Numbered from the whole stretch's first letter, positions 1 to 10,036 are shown. The stretch is DNA of 63,588 nt, filler included, from 7 parts of 7 records of this genome joined end to end with filler, not necessarily neighbours in it; one strand, 5' to 3'. Translations and numbers: made by a program. The notes: generated by a model not told the origin, from the letters alone.

Positions 1-936
1 AAAAAAGAAGTTGATAATATAGATATTATATTAATGAATCAATCGGAATTAACGGTACCATTTTCATTGTTATTAACTAAAATATTTGGAAAAAAAATAC
101 CAATAATTACTTATTTTCATTATATTGCAATTGATTATATGAAAAATCATCAAATTTACTATGATGACAGCTTAAACCACAATAATGCAGCTGAATATAT
201 TTGGAATAGACAGAAAGAAGCATTGTTATATTCTGATTACAGTATTGTAGGAAGTAATTTTGGACTAAATTTGTTAAAAGAGGCAGTCAGTAAAAATATA
301 AAATATAAAATAGCTGTGATACCACCTCCAGTCAAAAAAGAAATTTTTGAATATAACGGTAATTCTGATGATACCAATGAAAAAGTAAGAGTTATTTATA
401 ATCATAGATTGTATAATCACTATGGGGGAATGGATATTTTTGACGTATTAAAAGAATTATCTTTGACTGAAGAGTTTGAAATAATAATTACTGATCCAAC
501 ACATAATAGATCAAAGGAAAGAAATAAGTTAGACAGAAGTGTTAATGATATTAAAAAAGAATTACTGAAATTTGATTTTGTTAAGTTTGAGCACTTGGAA
601 GATCATAATGATTACTTAGAAATGATTTCAAAGTGTGACTTTGGAATTAGTCCTCTTAGAAAAGGAGGTTTATGGAGCATGTCTATAGTTGACATAATGT
701 CAGTTGGAAAACCTGTTTTATCCTATGATTATGGAAGTTATAGAGAAATTGTAGGTGATGAAGACTTATTATTTACCGAGATTGATGAATTTAAAAATAA
801 GTTTGTTAAACTCATACAAGATAAAAATTTCAGAACAATAAAAGGAATAGAATCAAGCAATAAAGTTAAAGAATATTCAAGTGAGAAAATTGGAGAGCAA
901 TTTATGAAAATATTTAGAAAGGTATTAAAAAATTAA
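1..936 (+). CDS. Glycosyltransferase family 4 (GT-B), 5'-truncated at the window edge
   Basis: The frame is open from base 1. The C-terminal GT4-type region reads CDFGISP...WSMSIVDIMSVGKPVLSYDYGSYREIV. Confidence 0.8.
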   Translation, partial: KKEVDNIDIILMNQSELTVPFSLLLTKIFGKKIPIITYFHYIAIDYMKNHQIYYDDSLNHNNAAEYIWNRQKEALLYSDYSIVGSNFGLNLLKEAVSKNIKYKIAVIPPPVKKEIFEYNGNSDDTNEKVRVIYNHRLYNHYGGMDIFDVLKELSLTEEFEIIITDPTHNRSKERNKLDRSVNDIKKELLKFDFVKFEHLEDHNDYLEMISKCDFGISPLRKGGLWSMSIVDIMSVGKPVLSYDYGSYREIVGDEDLLFTEIDEFKNKFVKLIQDKNFRTIKGIESSNKVKEYSSEKIGEQFMKIFRKVLKN

Positions 937-978
937 TTGTTGTGTTTTTCTAGTAGAATGTACTTAGGGGGAATATGA

Positions 979-2340
979 ATGTGTTTAGAAAATAATTTTA
1001 TTAAGGAAGGGAGAGACCTTCACATAAATCATTATGGCGAAAACAGACTTAATTTCGCCTGTATAAGAGCAAGTGGAATAAATCAAACTTTTGTAAATTT
1101 AAATGAATGTTCTAAAAAAGAATTTAATGTAATTGATGCAAGTGGGGGTTACGGCTTTGCCTGTCTTGGCGCTTCTAATTCTGTAATTGAGAACGCGATT
1201 GTTAAAGCTATCAGAGAAGTTGGTTATTCAACTGATGAGATAGCGTCAAAAGAACGTTCAAAATTGCTCAATTTTCTATTTGGGAGAAAAGGGCTTTGGA
1301 TTGAGCGATTTCCACATGGAGAATATCATGTTAGTGGAAGAAATTCAGGTTCTGAAGGGGTTGAATTAGCTCTTATTTTGGCAAAAGAAAATAGAAGTTC
1401 TAATAATAGAAACATTTTAGTTGCCTTTGAAGGAGCATGGCATGGATGGACTAAAGGGTCAACATCATTTTTAGAAAAAAGAGGTAATGATGTTAAGAAA
1501 GAGATTTCTTCATTTAATAAATTAAGTGATATGAAAGTAAAAAACCTTCCATTTGGAAACTTTGAATTTTGTAAAGAATATTTTGAAGAGAACAGTTCTG
1601 AGATTCTTGCAGTAATTTTAGAACCTATTCAAGGTGATGCTGGTGTAATTATTCCACCAGAGGATTTTCTTCGAGATATAGCAAATTTGTGTAAACAGAA
1701 TGATATTATTTTAATAGCAGATGAAATATTAACATTCGCAAGAACTGGTAATTTTTTTGCAATGAATGATGAAAAAGGCATAATTCCTACTGATATAACA
1801 ATTATAGGAAAAGCTCTGGGCATGGGAATTGCTCCTGTTTCTTTAGTTATAGCAAAAAAAATAAAGCCACCAAAGGGAAAAGCTATTGCGACTTCGGACC
1901 TTAGACCTTTTACATGCTCGGTCATTTACGAAGGAATCAATTATATTGTTCAGGAAAATTTATTAAAAAATTCTTGCGTTCTAGGAAAATATTTAATGAA
2001 ACTATTAAAAAGTGAATTGGTAGAGAAGTATCCAAAACTCTATAAAAATGTTAGAGGTAAGGGGTTTTTTATTGGAGTGGAACTTACTAAATTATCATCA
2101 AATTATGTTATGGAATTACGAAGAAATTATATAGAAAATGGAGTATATATAGAGTTTCTGATTGGAGTTGGAAAAAAATCAGACAATTCTGATTTTATTT
2201 TTCCGACAATGAGAGTATCACCACCTCTTATTGCAACAAAACAAGATATTGATAATATTGTTTTAGCATTAAAAGGTGGAACGAATTCTTTTATTAACGA
2301 ATATTTTTCTAATTCAAAGTTAGTTGATAAAAATGAATAA
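979..2340 (+). CDS. Class III PLP-dependent aminotransferase
   Basis: Motifs NSGSEGVELAL, FEGAWHG, LEPIQGDAG, LIADEILT, GKALG (PLP lysine) and VRGKG. GGGGGA RBS upstream. Confidence 0.9.
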   Translation: MCLENNFIKEGRDLHINHYGENRLNFACIRASGINQTFVNLNECSKKEFNVIDASGGYGFACLGASNSVIENAIVKAIREVGYSTDEIASKERSKLLNFLFGRKGLWIERFPHGEYHVSGRNSGSEGVELALILAKENRSSNNRNILVAFEGAWHGWTKGSTSFLEKRGNDVKKEISSFNKLSDMKVKNLPFGNFEFCKEYFEENSSEILAVILEPIQGDAGVIIPPEDFLRDIANLCKQNDIILIADEILTFARTGNFFAMNDEKGIIPTDITIIGKALGMGIAPVSLVIAKKIKPPKGKAIATSDLRPFTCSVIYEGINYIVQENLLKNSCVLGKYLMKLLKSELVEKYPKLYKNVRGKGFFIGVELTKLSSNYVMELRRNYIENGVYIEFLIGVGKKSDNSDFIFPTMRVSPPLIATKQDIDNIVLALKGGTNSFINEYFSNSKLVDKNE

Positions 2341-3934
2341 TCATAAAGTTAGAGTTATTCACCCAGGAAATAGAGGAGAACATTGGTGTGATATAGAGAG
2401 CTCAAGAAATTTTGTTTATTATGATGATGAAAATATAAATACTATAAAAAATTTTGATGAATATATAGATCAATTATTAAAATTCCCTATTGATTTTTTT
2501 TATGATAAAAAACTAATTATTAAAGAAAAATTTTATATTTTTAATAAAAATGGAATTGAAATTTGCATTTTCTCAGAACTTCCTGGTTGGTTAGCTGTAT
2601 CAAATAGTTTTGAACTCATTATGAAGCAGATTGTAAAAGGTACAACAACAACTAAAATAGAATCAAACTTTAGTTTTGAAAAAAATCAACTCCATTTATT
2701 ACTTGTAACACTTTATATAAAAGGAGTTTTATTAGTTGAAGATAAATTATTTAATAAAGACTTTAGTTATCCAATTTTATATCAAGCTGATGATTTGGCA
2801 TTGGTTGAAATAACTAAACAGTGTAATCTCAGATGTAGTCATTGCTTTAATAGCTCAGGAATTAAACTTAAAAATGAACTTAATTTCAATGAAATTAAAA
2901 TGATGATTGATAAAATTGAAAAATGCAATTCACCCTTGAAATCAAATAAAAATATAGTTTTCTCAGGTGGGGAGCCATTATGCAGAAAAGACATTTTAGA
3001 TATAATTGAATATGCAAATATAAAAGGTTATAGAGTTGAAATTCTAACAAATGGATTGTTGATAAATGATAAATTAATTAAGAGCTTTCAAAATTATGAA
3101 GTACAGATAAGAGTATCACTTGATGGTTGCACTAAAGAAAGTCACGAAAAAATTAGGGGACAGAATACTTTTGATAAAACAGTAAAAACTATTAAAAAAC
3201 TATTAAGTTTTGGTATAAAAACAGGAATTACAACGGTTATATCTAAGTATAATTACTTAGAACTGGATAAAATTGTTTCATTTTTAAAAATTTTAAAAGT
3301 TGATTTCTTTACTTTTATTGTTGTTAATGAACTAGGTAAAGCAATAGATTCAAAACTAATTAACTATAAAATTTCAAAAATTTATTCTGACCTTTTCTTC
3401 TTAGCTGAAACAAATGAAGATTTTTATTCCATGATGAGTAATTCTACATTAGCTAATATAATCGCATGCAATATTGTGGGGCTATATTTTGATAGCTGTG
3501 GATTAGGAAAACATAAAGATTTTTACATACAATCTAATGGAGATATTTTTCCATGTAGAGCAACCATACTAGAGGAATTTAAACTTGGAAATATCAAATT
3601 TGACGATATTTCGACATCAAGTTTTTCAACTTCTATTGAATTACTTGAATTGAATAACCTTAATGTAAACAATCTTAATTACAAATGTTCTAACTGCAAA
3701 GTTAGATACTGGTGTGGTGGAGACTGTAGGGGTGAAGTATATCAAACAATAGGAGATATTAAATCTCCTACGAATCATTGTAAAAGAATTATTGAAGGAA
3801 TTGAAGCCTCTTTGTATTTATGTGCAAAAAATCCAAAGATGTATTTCGAAAAAAGCGAAATTTTTTATAAAATAACGCAGCGAATAGATTCTATTACAAA
3901 AGCTTTAATTGATGTGAATAGGAATGAGGTGTGA
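2324..3934 (+). CDS. Radical SAM/SPASM protein with an N-terminal RRE/PqqD-like extension
   Basis: CNLRCSHC, SGGEP and SLDG motifs. C-terminal SPASM cysteines: CGLG..GDIFPC..CSNCKVRYWCGGDC..HC. The likely real start is the ATG at 2333. Confidence 0.9.
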   Translation: MIKMNNHKVRVIHPGNRGEHWCDIESSRNFVYYDDENINTIKNFDEYIDQLLKFPIDFFYDKKLIIKEKFYIFNKNGIEICIFSELPGWLAVSNSFELIMKQIVKGTTTTKIESNFSFEKNQLHLLLVTLYIKGVLLVEDKLFNKDFSYPILYQADDLALVEITKQCNLRCSHCFNSSGIKLKNELNFNEIKMMIDKIEKCNSPLKSNKNIVFSGGEPLCRKDILDIIEYANIKGYRVEILTNGLLINDKLIKSFQNYEVQIRVSLDGCTKESHEKIRGQNTFDKTVKTIKKLLSFGIKTGITTVISKYNYLELDKIVSFLKILKVDFFTFIVVNELGKAIDSKLINYKISKIYSDLFFLAETNEDFYSMMSNSTLANIIACNIVGLYFDSCGLGKHKDFYIQSNGDIFPCRATILEEFKLGNIKFDDISTSSFSTSIELLELNNLNVNNLNYKCSNCKVRYWCGGDCRGEVYQTIGDIKSPTNHCKRIIEGIEASLYLCAKNPKMYFEKSEIFYKITQRIDSITKALIDVNRNEV

Positions 3935-5151
3935 AAGTGAATTTTAAAACTACTAAATTATTATTAATAAGTACTTTAGAGTGCAATGGTGAATTAATTG
4001 AACCAATTGGCTTAGAGTATTTAGCCTCATATTTGATAGAAAATAATTATAAAACGGAAATTCTATGTACTTTTCCAAATACTGACAGTATCAATTTAAT
4101 AATTAATCAAATAGTTAAATGCAAACCATCTGTAATTGGTTTTTCCATTTGGGACATTAATTCTGAATTTGTAATAAGAACTTCAAAGGAAATAAAAGCA
4201 ATTTTTCCTGAATTAATAATTATAGTTGGAGGGTATAAGGCAAAATTTCTTTCAAAAACAAGTATTTCAGCAATTGACTACTTTATTATTGGAGAAGGCG
4301 AAAATGCAACTTTAAAGTTACTTAATAGTATTGAAAATAAGAATATTTTAAAAGGTAAAGTAATTAAATCCAAGCCATTACTGAAATTAGATAATCTTCC
4401 ATTTCCAGCAAGAGAATTAGTTGACTATGACAAATTCCCATTGATACCTGAATTAAAAAATTCAAAAAATCTTACTAATCATTATACATATATTTTTACA
4501 TATAGAGGATGCCCTAATTTTTGTTCATTTTGCGCAGTACATGAAGTTTTTGGAACTAAAATAAGAAAGCGATCAATAGAGAATATTGTTGATGAATTAA
4601 CTGAGATATATGAAAAATACCAAATTAATACTTTTATTAATGAAGAAGATTTACTTTTTACTGATAAAAAGAGAGTAATAAACTTGTGTAATGCTATTAA
4701 AAATTCTAAATATGACTTTGTTTGGACTTGCTCAGGAGCGGTTAGATATATAGATGAAGAAATTCTTCTTGCATTAAAAGAAGCCGGGTGTATTTATGTT
4801 TTTATAGGTGCAATATCTGGTTCTGATGAAGTTTTGAGGGAAGCAAAAGCAGGTTTTAGAGTAAAGGATTTATTATTAGCTCTTCAAACTGCAAAAAATG
4901 TAGGAATGCCTATATCTTCTTCATTTATGATAGGATTTCCAAATGAAACAGAAGAAAGCTTAACAGAAACTTTAAACTTTATTACTGATTATAGAGATTT
5001 ATTTTGGGATGTTGGAATTGGAATTGTAACCCCCTATACAGGAACCCCCATAATGAAGGAAAAATTAGAAAATAGCACAATTGATGACAAAACCTTAGAA
5101 AACTTTATTAATAGAAACAAAAGCTATTTGATTTTACATTTTAAGAATTAA
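3931..5151 (+). CDS. B12-binding radical SAM protein (class B methyltransferase-like)
   Basis: N-terminal PIGLEYLASYL, IVGG and GEGE B12-domain motifs, then RGCPNFCSFC and FMIGFPNET. The GTG start overlaps the upstream TGA. Confidence 0.9.
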   Translation: MKVNFKTTKLLLISTLECNGELIEPIGLEYLASYLIENNYKTEILCTFPNTDSINLIINQIVKCKPSVIGFSIWDINSEFVIRTSKEIKAIFPELIIIVGGYKAKFLSKTSISAIDYFIIGEGENATLKLLNSIENKNILKGKVIKSKPLLKLDNLPFPARELVDYDKFPLIPELKNSKNLTNHYTYIFTYRGCPNFCSFCAVHEVFGTKIRKRSIENIVDELTEIYEKYQINTFINEEDLLFTDKKRVINLCNAIKNSKYDFVWTCSGAVRYIDEEILLALKEAGCIYVFIGAISGSDEVLREAKAGFRVKDLLLALQTAKNVGMPISSSFMIGFPNETEESLTETLNFITDYRDLFWDVGIGIVTPYTGTPIMKEKLENSTIDDKTLENFINRNKSYLILHFKN

Positions 5152-5210
5152 TTTACAATGTAAACTTTAGAACAATATTCCTAACAAATTAATAAAAAAG
5201 GGGTGATAAT

Positions 5211-6911
5211 ATGGTTATATTAGGTATTAATGGCTATTCAATGTGGTCCTTTCATGATCCTTCAGCTTGTTTAATTATTGACGGAAAAGTAATTTCATTT
5301 GTAGAAGAGGAACGTTTATGTAGAATAAAACACGCAGTAAATAAATCTCCAGTTTTATCAGTCAAAGCTTGCTTAAAAAGCGGAAAAATTAAGTGGGATG
5401 AAGTCGATTATTTAGCTGTTGGTTGGGATATACCTTCTTTTGTAAGTTATTCATCTATAAAAATGACAACAAATGAAATAATTGACTCACTACTGAAGTC
5501 AATTAAAGCTCCTGCTTCTTTTTCAAAGAAAAAAGTAATATTTGTTCCTCATCACGTTTCCCATGCTTGGAGTGGAATTTGCCTTGCTCAAAACAAGCAA
5601 TCATTAGTTCTTGTTATTGATGGCCAAGGTGAAAAAGATTCAATTTCAGTTTTTCGGCATAAAAAAGGAAAATGCTCATTAGTATCAAGCTTTGATGCAA
5701 GTTATTCTTTGGGATATTTTTATGAAGCAGCAGCATGGTTTACTGGTCTAGGGCTTTCAGGATCAGGAAAATTAATGGGATTAGCCTCATATGGAACTTA
5801 TACAGATAAATTGGCATTTAATATAAATATGTCTAAAGCATTTGAAACTCCTATTCCTAGTAACTTTATTAAACAAAGAAAGAGAAAAAAAGACATGGAT
5901 CATTCAATAAGAATCGTTAATGACTTTTGGATTCCTCATTTCTCTAATTTATTTCCACAGTTAAATTGGTTCGATTTACCAAAAAAACTACCGTTTGATC
6001 TAAGAAATAATCTAGAAAACATAGAAAATGCTATTTTAGTTGCTAGTTATACTCAGCTTAGCACTGAAAAAGCTACACTAAGTTTAATTAATAGCTACTT
6101 ACAAAGTGACGATGAAGCAATAATTTTAGCAGGCGGAGTAGCTCAAAACTGTAAACTAAATGGATTAATTAACGAGAGCTTTTCCAATAAAGATGTCTAT
6201 ATTCAAAGTGCTAGTAATGACGCAGGAACAGCATTAGGTGCAGCAGTTTATTTAGCAAATGAACTAGGTGAAAAAAATATTGATTTATCAACTTTTCCTT
6301 ATTTAGGAGAACTGTATTGTAATAAGGATGTAGAATTTTATCTAAAATCAACAAATATTGAATATAAAAAATTGAATAACAAATTTAAAACAGCGGCAAA
6401 ACTAATCAATAATGATAAAATCATCGGTTGGCATCAAGGAAAATCAGAAATAGGATCAAGAGCGCTTGGAGGTAGAAGTATTCTAGCCAGAGCAGATTCA
6501 AAACTAATACGAGATAAAGTAAACTTAGATATTAAAAAAAGAGAGAAATGGCGACCGTTAGCACCAATGATAAAAAATGAATTTGGAAGTATATTTTTTG
6601 AAAATTATACAGAATCTCCATATATGTTAAAAGCTTTTTATTGTACAGATAAAGGAAGAGAGATATTGCAAGGAACAAATCATGTTGATGGCTCTTCAAG
6701 ACCACAAAGTATATGTAAAAATAATGATTCTATTCAAATTAGTAATCTTCTTGAAGAAGTTTATGCTCAATCAGGAATTCCCGCAATTCTGAATACATCT
6801 TTTAATCTAGCTGGTCAACCAATCGTATACTCGCCTAAAGATGCTATCGATACTTTCATAAATTCAAAATTAGATGCACTAATAATTAATGATTATTTAA
6901 TAAGTCGATAA
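5211..6911 (+). CDS. Carbamoyltransferase, NodU/CmcH/TobZ family
   Basis: Motifs HDPSACL, EEERLCRIKH, HHVSHA, IDGQGE, GKLMGLASYG, GGVAQN, DAGTALGA, RALGGRSILA, HVDGSSRPQ and LNTSFN. Confidence 0.95.
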   Translation: MVILGINGYSMWSFHDPSACLIIDGKVISFVEEERLCRIKHAVNKSPVLSVKACLKSGKIKWDEVDYLAVGWDIPSFVSYSSIKMTTNEIIDSLLKSIKAPASFSKKKVIFVPHHVSHAWSGICLAQNKQSLVLVIDGQGEKDSISVFRHKKGKCSLVSSFDASYSLGYFYEAAAWFTGLGLSGSGKLMGLASYGTYTDKLAFNINMSKAFETPIPSNFIKQRKRKKDMDHSIRIVNDFWIPHFSNLFPQLNWFDLPKKLPFDLRNNLENIENAILVASYTQLSTEKATLSLINSYLQSDDEAIILAGGVAQNCKLNGLINESFSNKDVYIQSASNDAGTALGAAVYLANELGEKNIDLSTFPYLGELYCNKDVEFYLKSTNIEYKKLNNKFKTAAKLINNDKIIGWHQGKSEIGSRALGGRSILARADSKLIRDKVNLDIKKREKWRPLAPMIKNEFGSIFFENYTESPYMLKAFYCTDKGREILQGTNHVDGSSRPQSICKNNDSIQISNLLEEVYAQSGIPAILNTSFNLAGQPIVYSPKDAIDTFINSKLDALIINDYLISR

Positions 6912-7004
6912 AAATTGATTTAATATGATGTCTGATTATAGTTACTATTGTATTTAGGCATAGATATAACATTTATAACTAAACTTATTTAAGGAGAGAA
7001 TAAT

Positions 7005-7662
7005 TTGAATAATTTAAAGGTTTCAATTATTATGCCTACTTTTATGCATGAAAAATTCATTCATAGAGCAATAGAAAGTGTACTTGCGCAAGAGTATAAG
7101 AATTGGGAATTAATAATTGTAAATGATGGTTCTTCTGATAATACAGAACAAATGGTATGTAAATATCAGAAGGAATGTAGAATAAAATATTATAGTAAAA
7201 AAAATGAAGGGGTTAGTAAAGCCAGAAATTATGCGATTGATAAAGCAACTGGAGAATATATTTCATATTTAGATTCAGATGATATTTATCTGCCAAATCA
7301 CTTAAAACAAAAAATAAACCAATTAGAAAGATCAAATTCTGATTTTGTTTATGGACCTATTTATATTGATAAAAAAGATAATAACTCAATATTTTATCCA
7401 AATTTTTCAAAATCAAAGGAGGGTTGTATAATGCCATTAATGGTTTTACATAAAAAAATGCTTTGATTTATCCAAGTTCAATCCAAATATACTATTTGAA
7501 GAAGATTTAGAGCTTTTTTTAAAATTTAAAAAAGAATTTAAAGTTACACAGGTTAATGAACCAACTGCAATATATAACATTCATAATTTATCAATTCATA
7601 AAATATATGAAAGAGAAGGTGAAGAAGGAGTTTTAAAATTCCGTTTAATGAATGCTAAATAA
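7005..7662 (+). CDS. Glycosyltransferase family 2, frameshifted at the A7 run 7452-7458
   Basis: Motifs VSIIMP, VNDGSSD, ARN and YLDSDD. Another frame continues CFDLSKFNPNILFEEDLELF...RLMNAK* to a stop at 7660-7662 that overlaps the next start. Confidence 0.85.
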
Positions 7663-8676
7663 TAAAAAATTCATGTTAAATTTGACTATCGAAGATATGT
7701 TATGTAATTTAGAATGTAAATACTGCTGGATTTCAGAATCTACTTTTAAAGTAAAAAGAATTGAAAACATAATAAAGAAAGGAGAAAGTGTTAATTATTC
7801 TATAGAATCACTTCTTAAAAAAATTGATCGAATTCTTTTGAACGAAGAAGCAACAGTTCTAAAATTATCTGGGGGAGAAATTTTTTTAATTCCAGAAATT
7901 TTTGATATCGTAAAAAAATATGAAGAGAAATTTAAATTAATTCAAATTTTAACTAATGGTACCTTGTTAAATAAAAAGATACTAGATTCTTTTGATAATG
8001 AAAAATATTGCTTTCAAATTTCATTAGATGGGGATAGTCTATTTCTTAATTCATATAGATTTGGTAAAAACAAGACTTTGCTAAGTAAATTACTAAACAA
8101 TATTGCCTATTTATATAGCAAAAATTACAATATTGAGATTAACTCAGTAGTAACACCAATTAATAAATTGGAAGTTTTTCAATTTATTAACAGATTTAAA
8201 AATCAATACCCTAAAATAACTATTTTACCATTTCCAGCAAGATTTACAAATGAAAAATACCTCATTAGAAATTTTTCAGAAAAGGAAAAAAGCAAAATAT
8301 TTTTAAATGAGCATACTAATATTCCTTATATAAAAGAAATGATTAAGTTAAAAAATGAAGGTATTAAAAATTACACTTGTTACCTAGATTTATTAATAAA
8401 AACTATTGATGAAAATGGTGATATATATTACTGTCCTTGTGGTAATATTAGTTATTTGGGAAATATTTTTTCGAAAGAAAAAAAGTATACGATGAAAAAG
8501 AAATTAAATCGAAAAAACTAGAAAAATGCAATAATTGTTTTACAAATTTTGATATAATAAATTTATTTTTTAATGATCTTATAGATTTTAAGGAATTAAA
8601 AAAAACTGGAATTTTTAAAAATAGAGAAGTTGCAGAAGAAATATTAAAACAAAAATATACTTTATTAAATATTTAG
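7652..8676 (+). CDS. Radical SAM protein with a Twitch/SPASM-like tail, frameshifted at the A7 run 8478-8484
   Basis: CNLECKYC, SGGE, TNG, SLDG and CYL..GDIYYCPC motifs. The shifted frame adds CNNCFTNFDIINLFF...LLNI*, with the stop at 8674-8676. Confidence 0.85.
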
Positions 8677-8732
8677 TTAAAAGAATTATAAACTTTTATG
8701 AAATATTCTAAGAAATATGAAGGGAGAAAGTA

Positions 8733-9242
8733 ATGAAAAATGTAACAGTTTTTGGCTCGTCAATGTTTGATGTTAAAGACAATAATTATGAAATGGGAGT
8801 TAAGATTGGGAAACTCCTAGCTGAAAAAAAATATACTGTAAAATGTGGTGGTTATTATGGTTCAATGGAAGCTGTTGCTAAAGGTGTAAGTGAAAATGGT
8901 GGAGAATGTATTGGGATTACAAATAAATCATTTGATCCTAAAATAGCAAATAAATACATTTCATTAGAGAAAAAAGGTGAGAATCTTTTCAAAAGACTTG
9001 AATACCTAGTAGAAGACTCGGATATATTTATTGTTCAAATTGGTAGTTTTGGAACCTTAACTGAACTATTTCTTGTGTGGTGCTTAGCTTATACAAAAAC
9101 TATCTTAAATAAAAAAATACTTTTAATAGGAAAAGAATGGACGCAAATCATAGAAGCATTAAAGGCATTACCAATACAAAGTGAAGATTTCAACTATGTA
9201 AAAGTTATTGAAAGTATTAATGAATTAGAAAAAGAATTATAA
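8733..9242 (+). CDS. LOG-family nucleotide phosphoribohydrolase (lysine-decarboxylase-like fold)
   Basis: Motifs VTVFGSS, CGGYYGSMEAVAKG, RLEYL..SD and GSFGTLTELF (variant of PGGxGTxxE). Confidence 0.85.
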   Translation: MKNVTVFGSSMFDVKDNNYEMGVKIGKLLAEKKYTVKCGGYYGSMEAVAKGVSENGGECIGITNKSFDPKIANKYISLEKKGENLFKRLEYLVEDSDIFIVQIGSFGTLTELFLVWCLAYTKTILNKKILLIGKEWTQIIEALKALPIQSEDFNYVKVIESINELEKEL

Positions 9243-9323
9243 TATTGGCGTAGAGAGATCATCCGTGTCCTGAGGGGCAGGAAAATTTAAGTTTGGATTA
9301 AGCTTATTGCCCCATAAACAGAG

Positions 9324-9455
9324 ATGCTCTCCCTAGGCCTAGTTGATGGATTTGTAGTTTCACCAAACGTTAAAATAAAAGATGTAAAAACAATTAATCA
9401 AAAGTTTGAATTTTCAGATCATCATCCTGTTAAAGGAAGTTTTCAAATAGAATAA
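9324..9455 (+). pseudogene. 3' remnant of an endonuclease/exonuclease/phosphatase (EEP) family gene
   Basis: Translates as ..VDGFVVSPNVKIKDVKTINQKFEFSDHHPVKGSFQIE*. These are the C-terminal EEP motifs (D..V.S and SDH.PV); no N-terminal part is present. Confidence 0.7.
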
Positions 9456-9868
9456 TAAAATCTTTAACAGTTGAAAAGATATATAATCACTTTATGTTTG
9501 ATTCTGCTCAAAACATTTTAAAGAAATTTTAGATAAAGAAAATTCAATTTAAAGTATTGCCTGACCTCCGGCTCTTTTCTATTTTTAAAGAGATGATTTT
9601 TTAATAAAATAACAAGTATGTTTCACAAGCTAAGTGCTAAAAACTGTCACAAGCTCAATTTCAGCTAAAAATGTCCGTTGAAAAAAGAATTTTGTCTAAA
9701 TTTTGTCAGAAAATATAGAATAAACTTCATTATACTATATGTATACAATTTTAAACTCTTAATAAAGCTAATAAAATCAGCATTATGCACTTAGTGAATT
9801 TTTTCTAATTGATTATTAAGATTTGAAAATTACACTTGGAAAATCAGATAAAAGTTTTCAGAATTACA

Positions 9869-9897
9869 TTGATTGTTAAATAGTTTGATAGTATAAT
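9869..9897 (+). promoter_or_regulatory. Sigma70-type promoter with no downstream ORF
   Basis: TTGATT-17 nt-TATAAT. Confidence 0.6.
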
Positions 9898-9943
9898 GTT
9901 TTTGAAAGGTGTAACGGGAATTCCTTTTTACCACTGTGAAACG

Positions 9944-9980
9944 AGAAAGAGAGTAAGAATTAGATCTGCTCTCTTTTTCT
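9944..9980 (+). terminator. Intrinsic terminator closing a candidate short RNA
   Basis: AAAGAGAGTA/TGCTCTCTTT stem followed by T residues. Confidence 0.5.
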
Positions 9981-9998
9981 GTTCTTCAGATAGGATCT

Positions 9999-10024
9999 AA
10001 AAAAGCGAGGAATTAACCTCGCTT
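9999..10024 (-). terminator. Intrinsic terminator downstream of the Rpn-like gene
   Basis: AAGCGAGG-6 nt-CCTCGCTT stem with a T-run on the minus strand. Confidence 0.75.
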
Positions 10025-10036
10025 AAAATTTTATTA

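Noticed and set aside
8478-8484. A_AAA_AAG sites at the rSAM frameshift and at the enoate reductase frameshift (54872-54877) as programmed recoding
   Set aside because: The truncated products would lose essential Fe-S ligands, and loss of one A before G creates this heptamer trivially. Sequencing error is the simpler explanation.
9905-9945. Cobalamin-riboswitch-like words (AGGT..CGGGAA..CCACTGTGA)
   Set aside because: The core stems and the B12 box are missing, the region is too short, and no gene follows.
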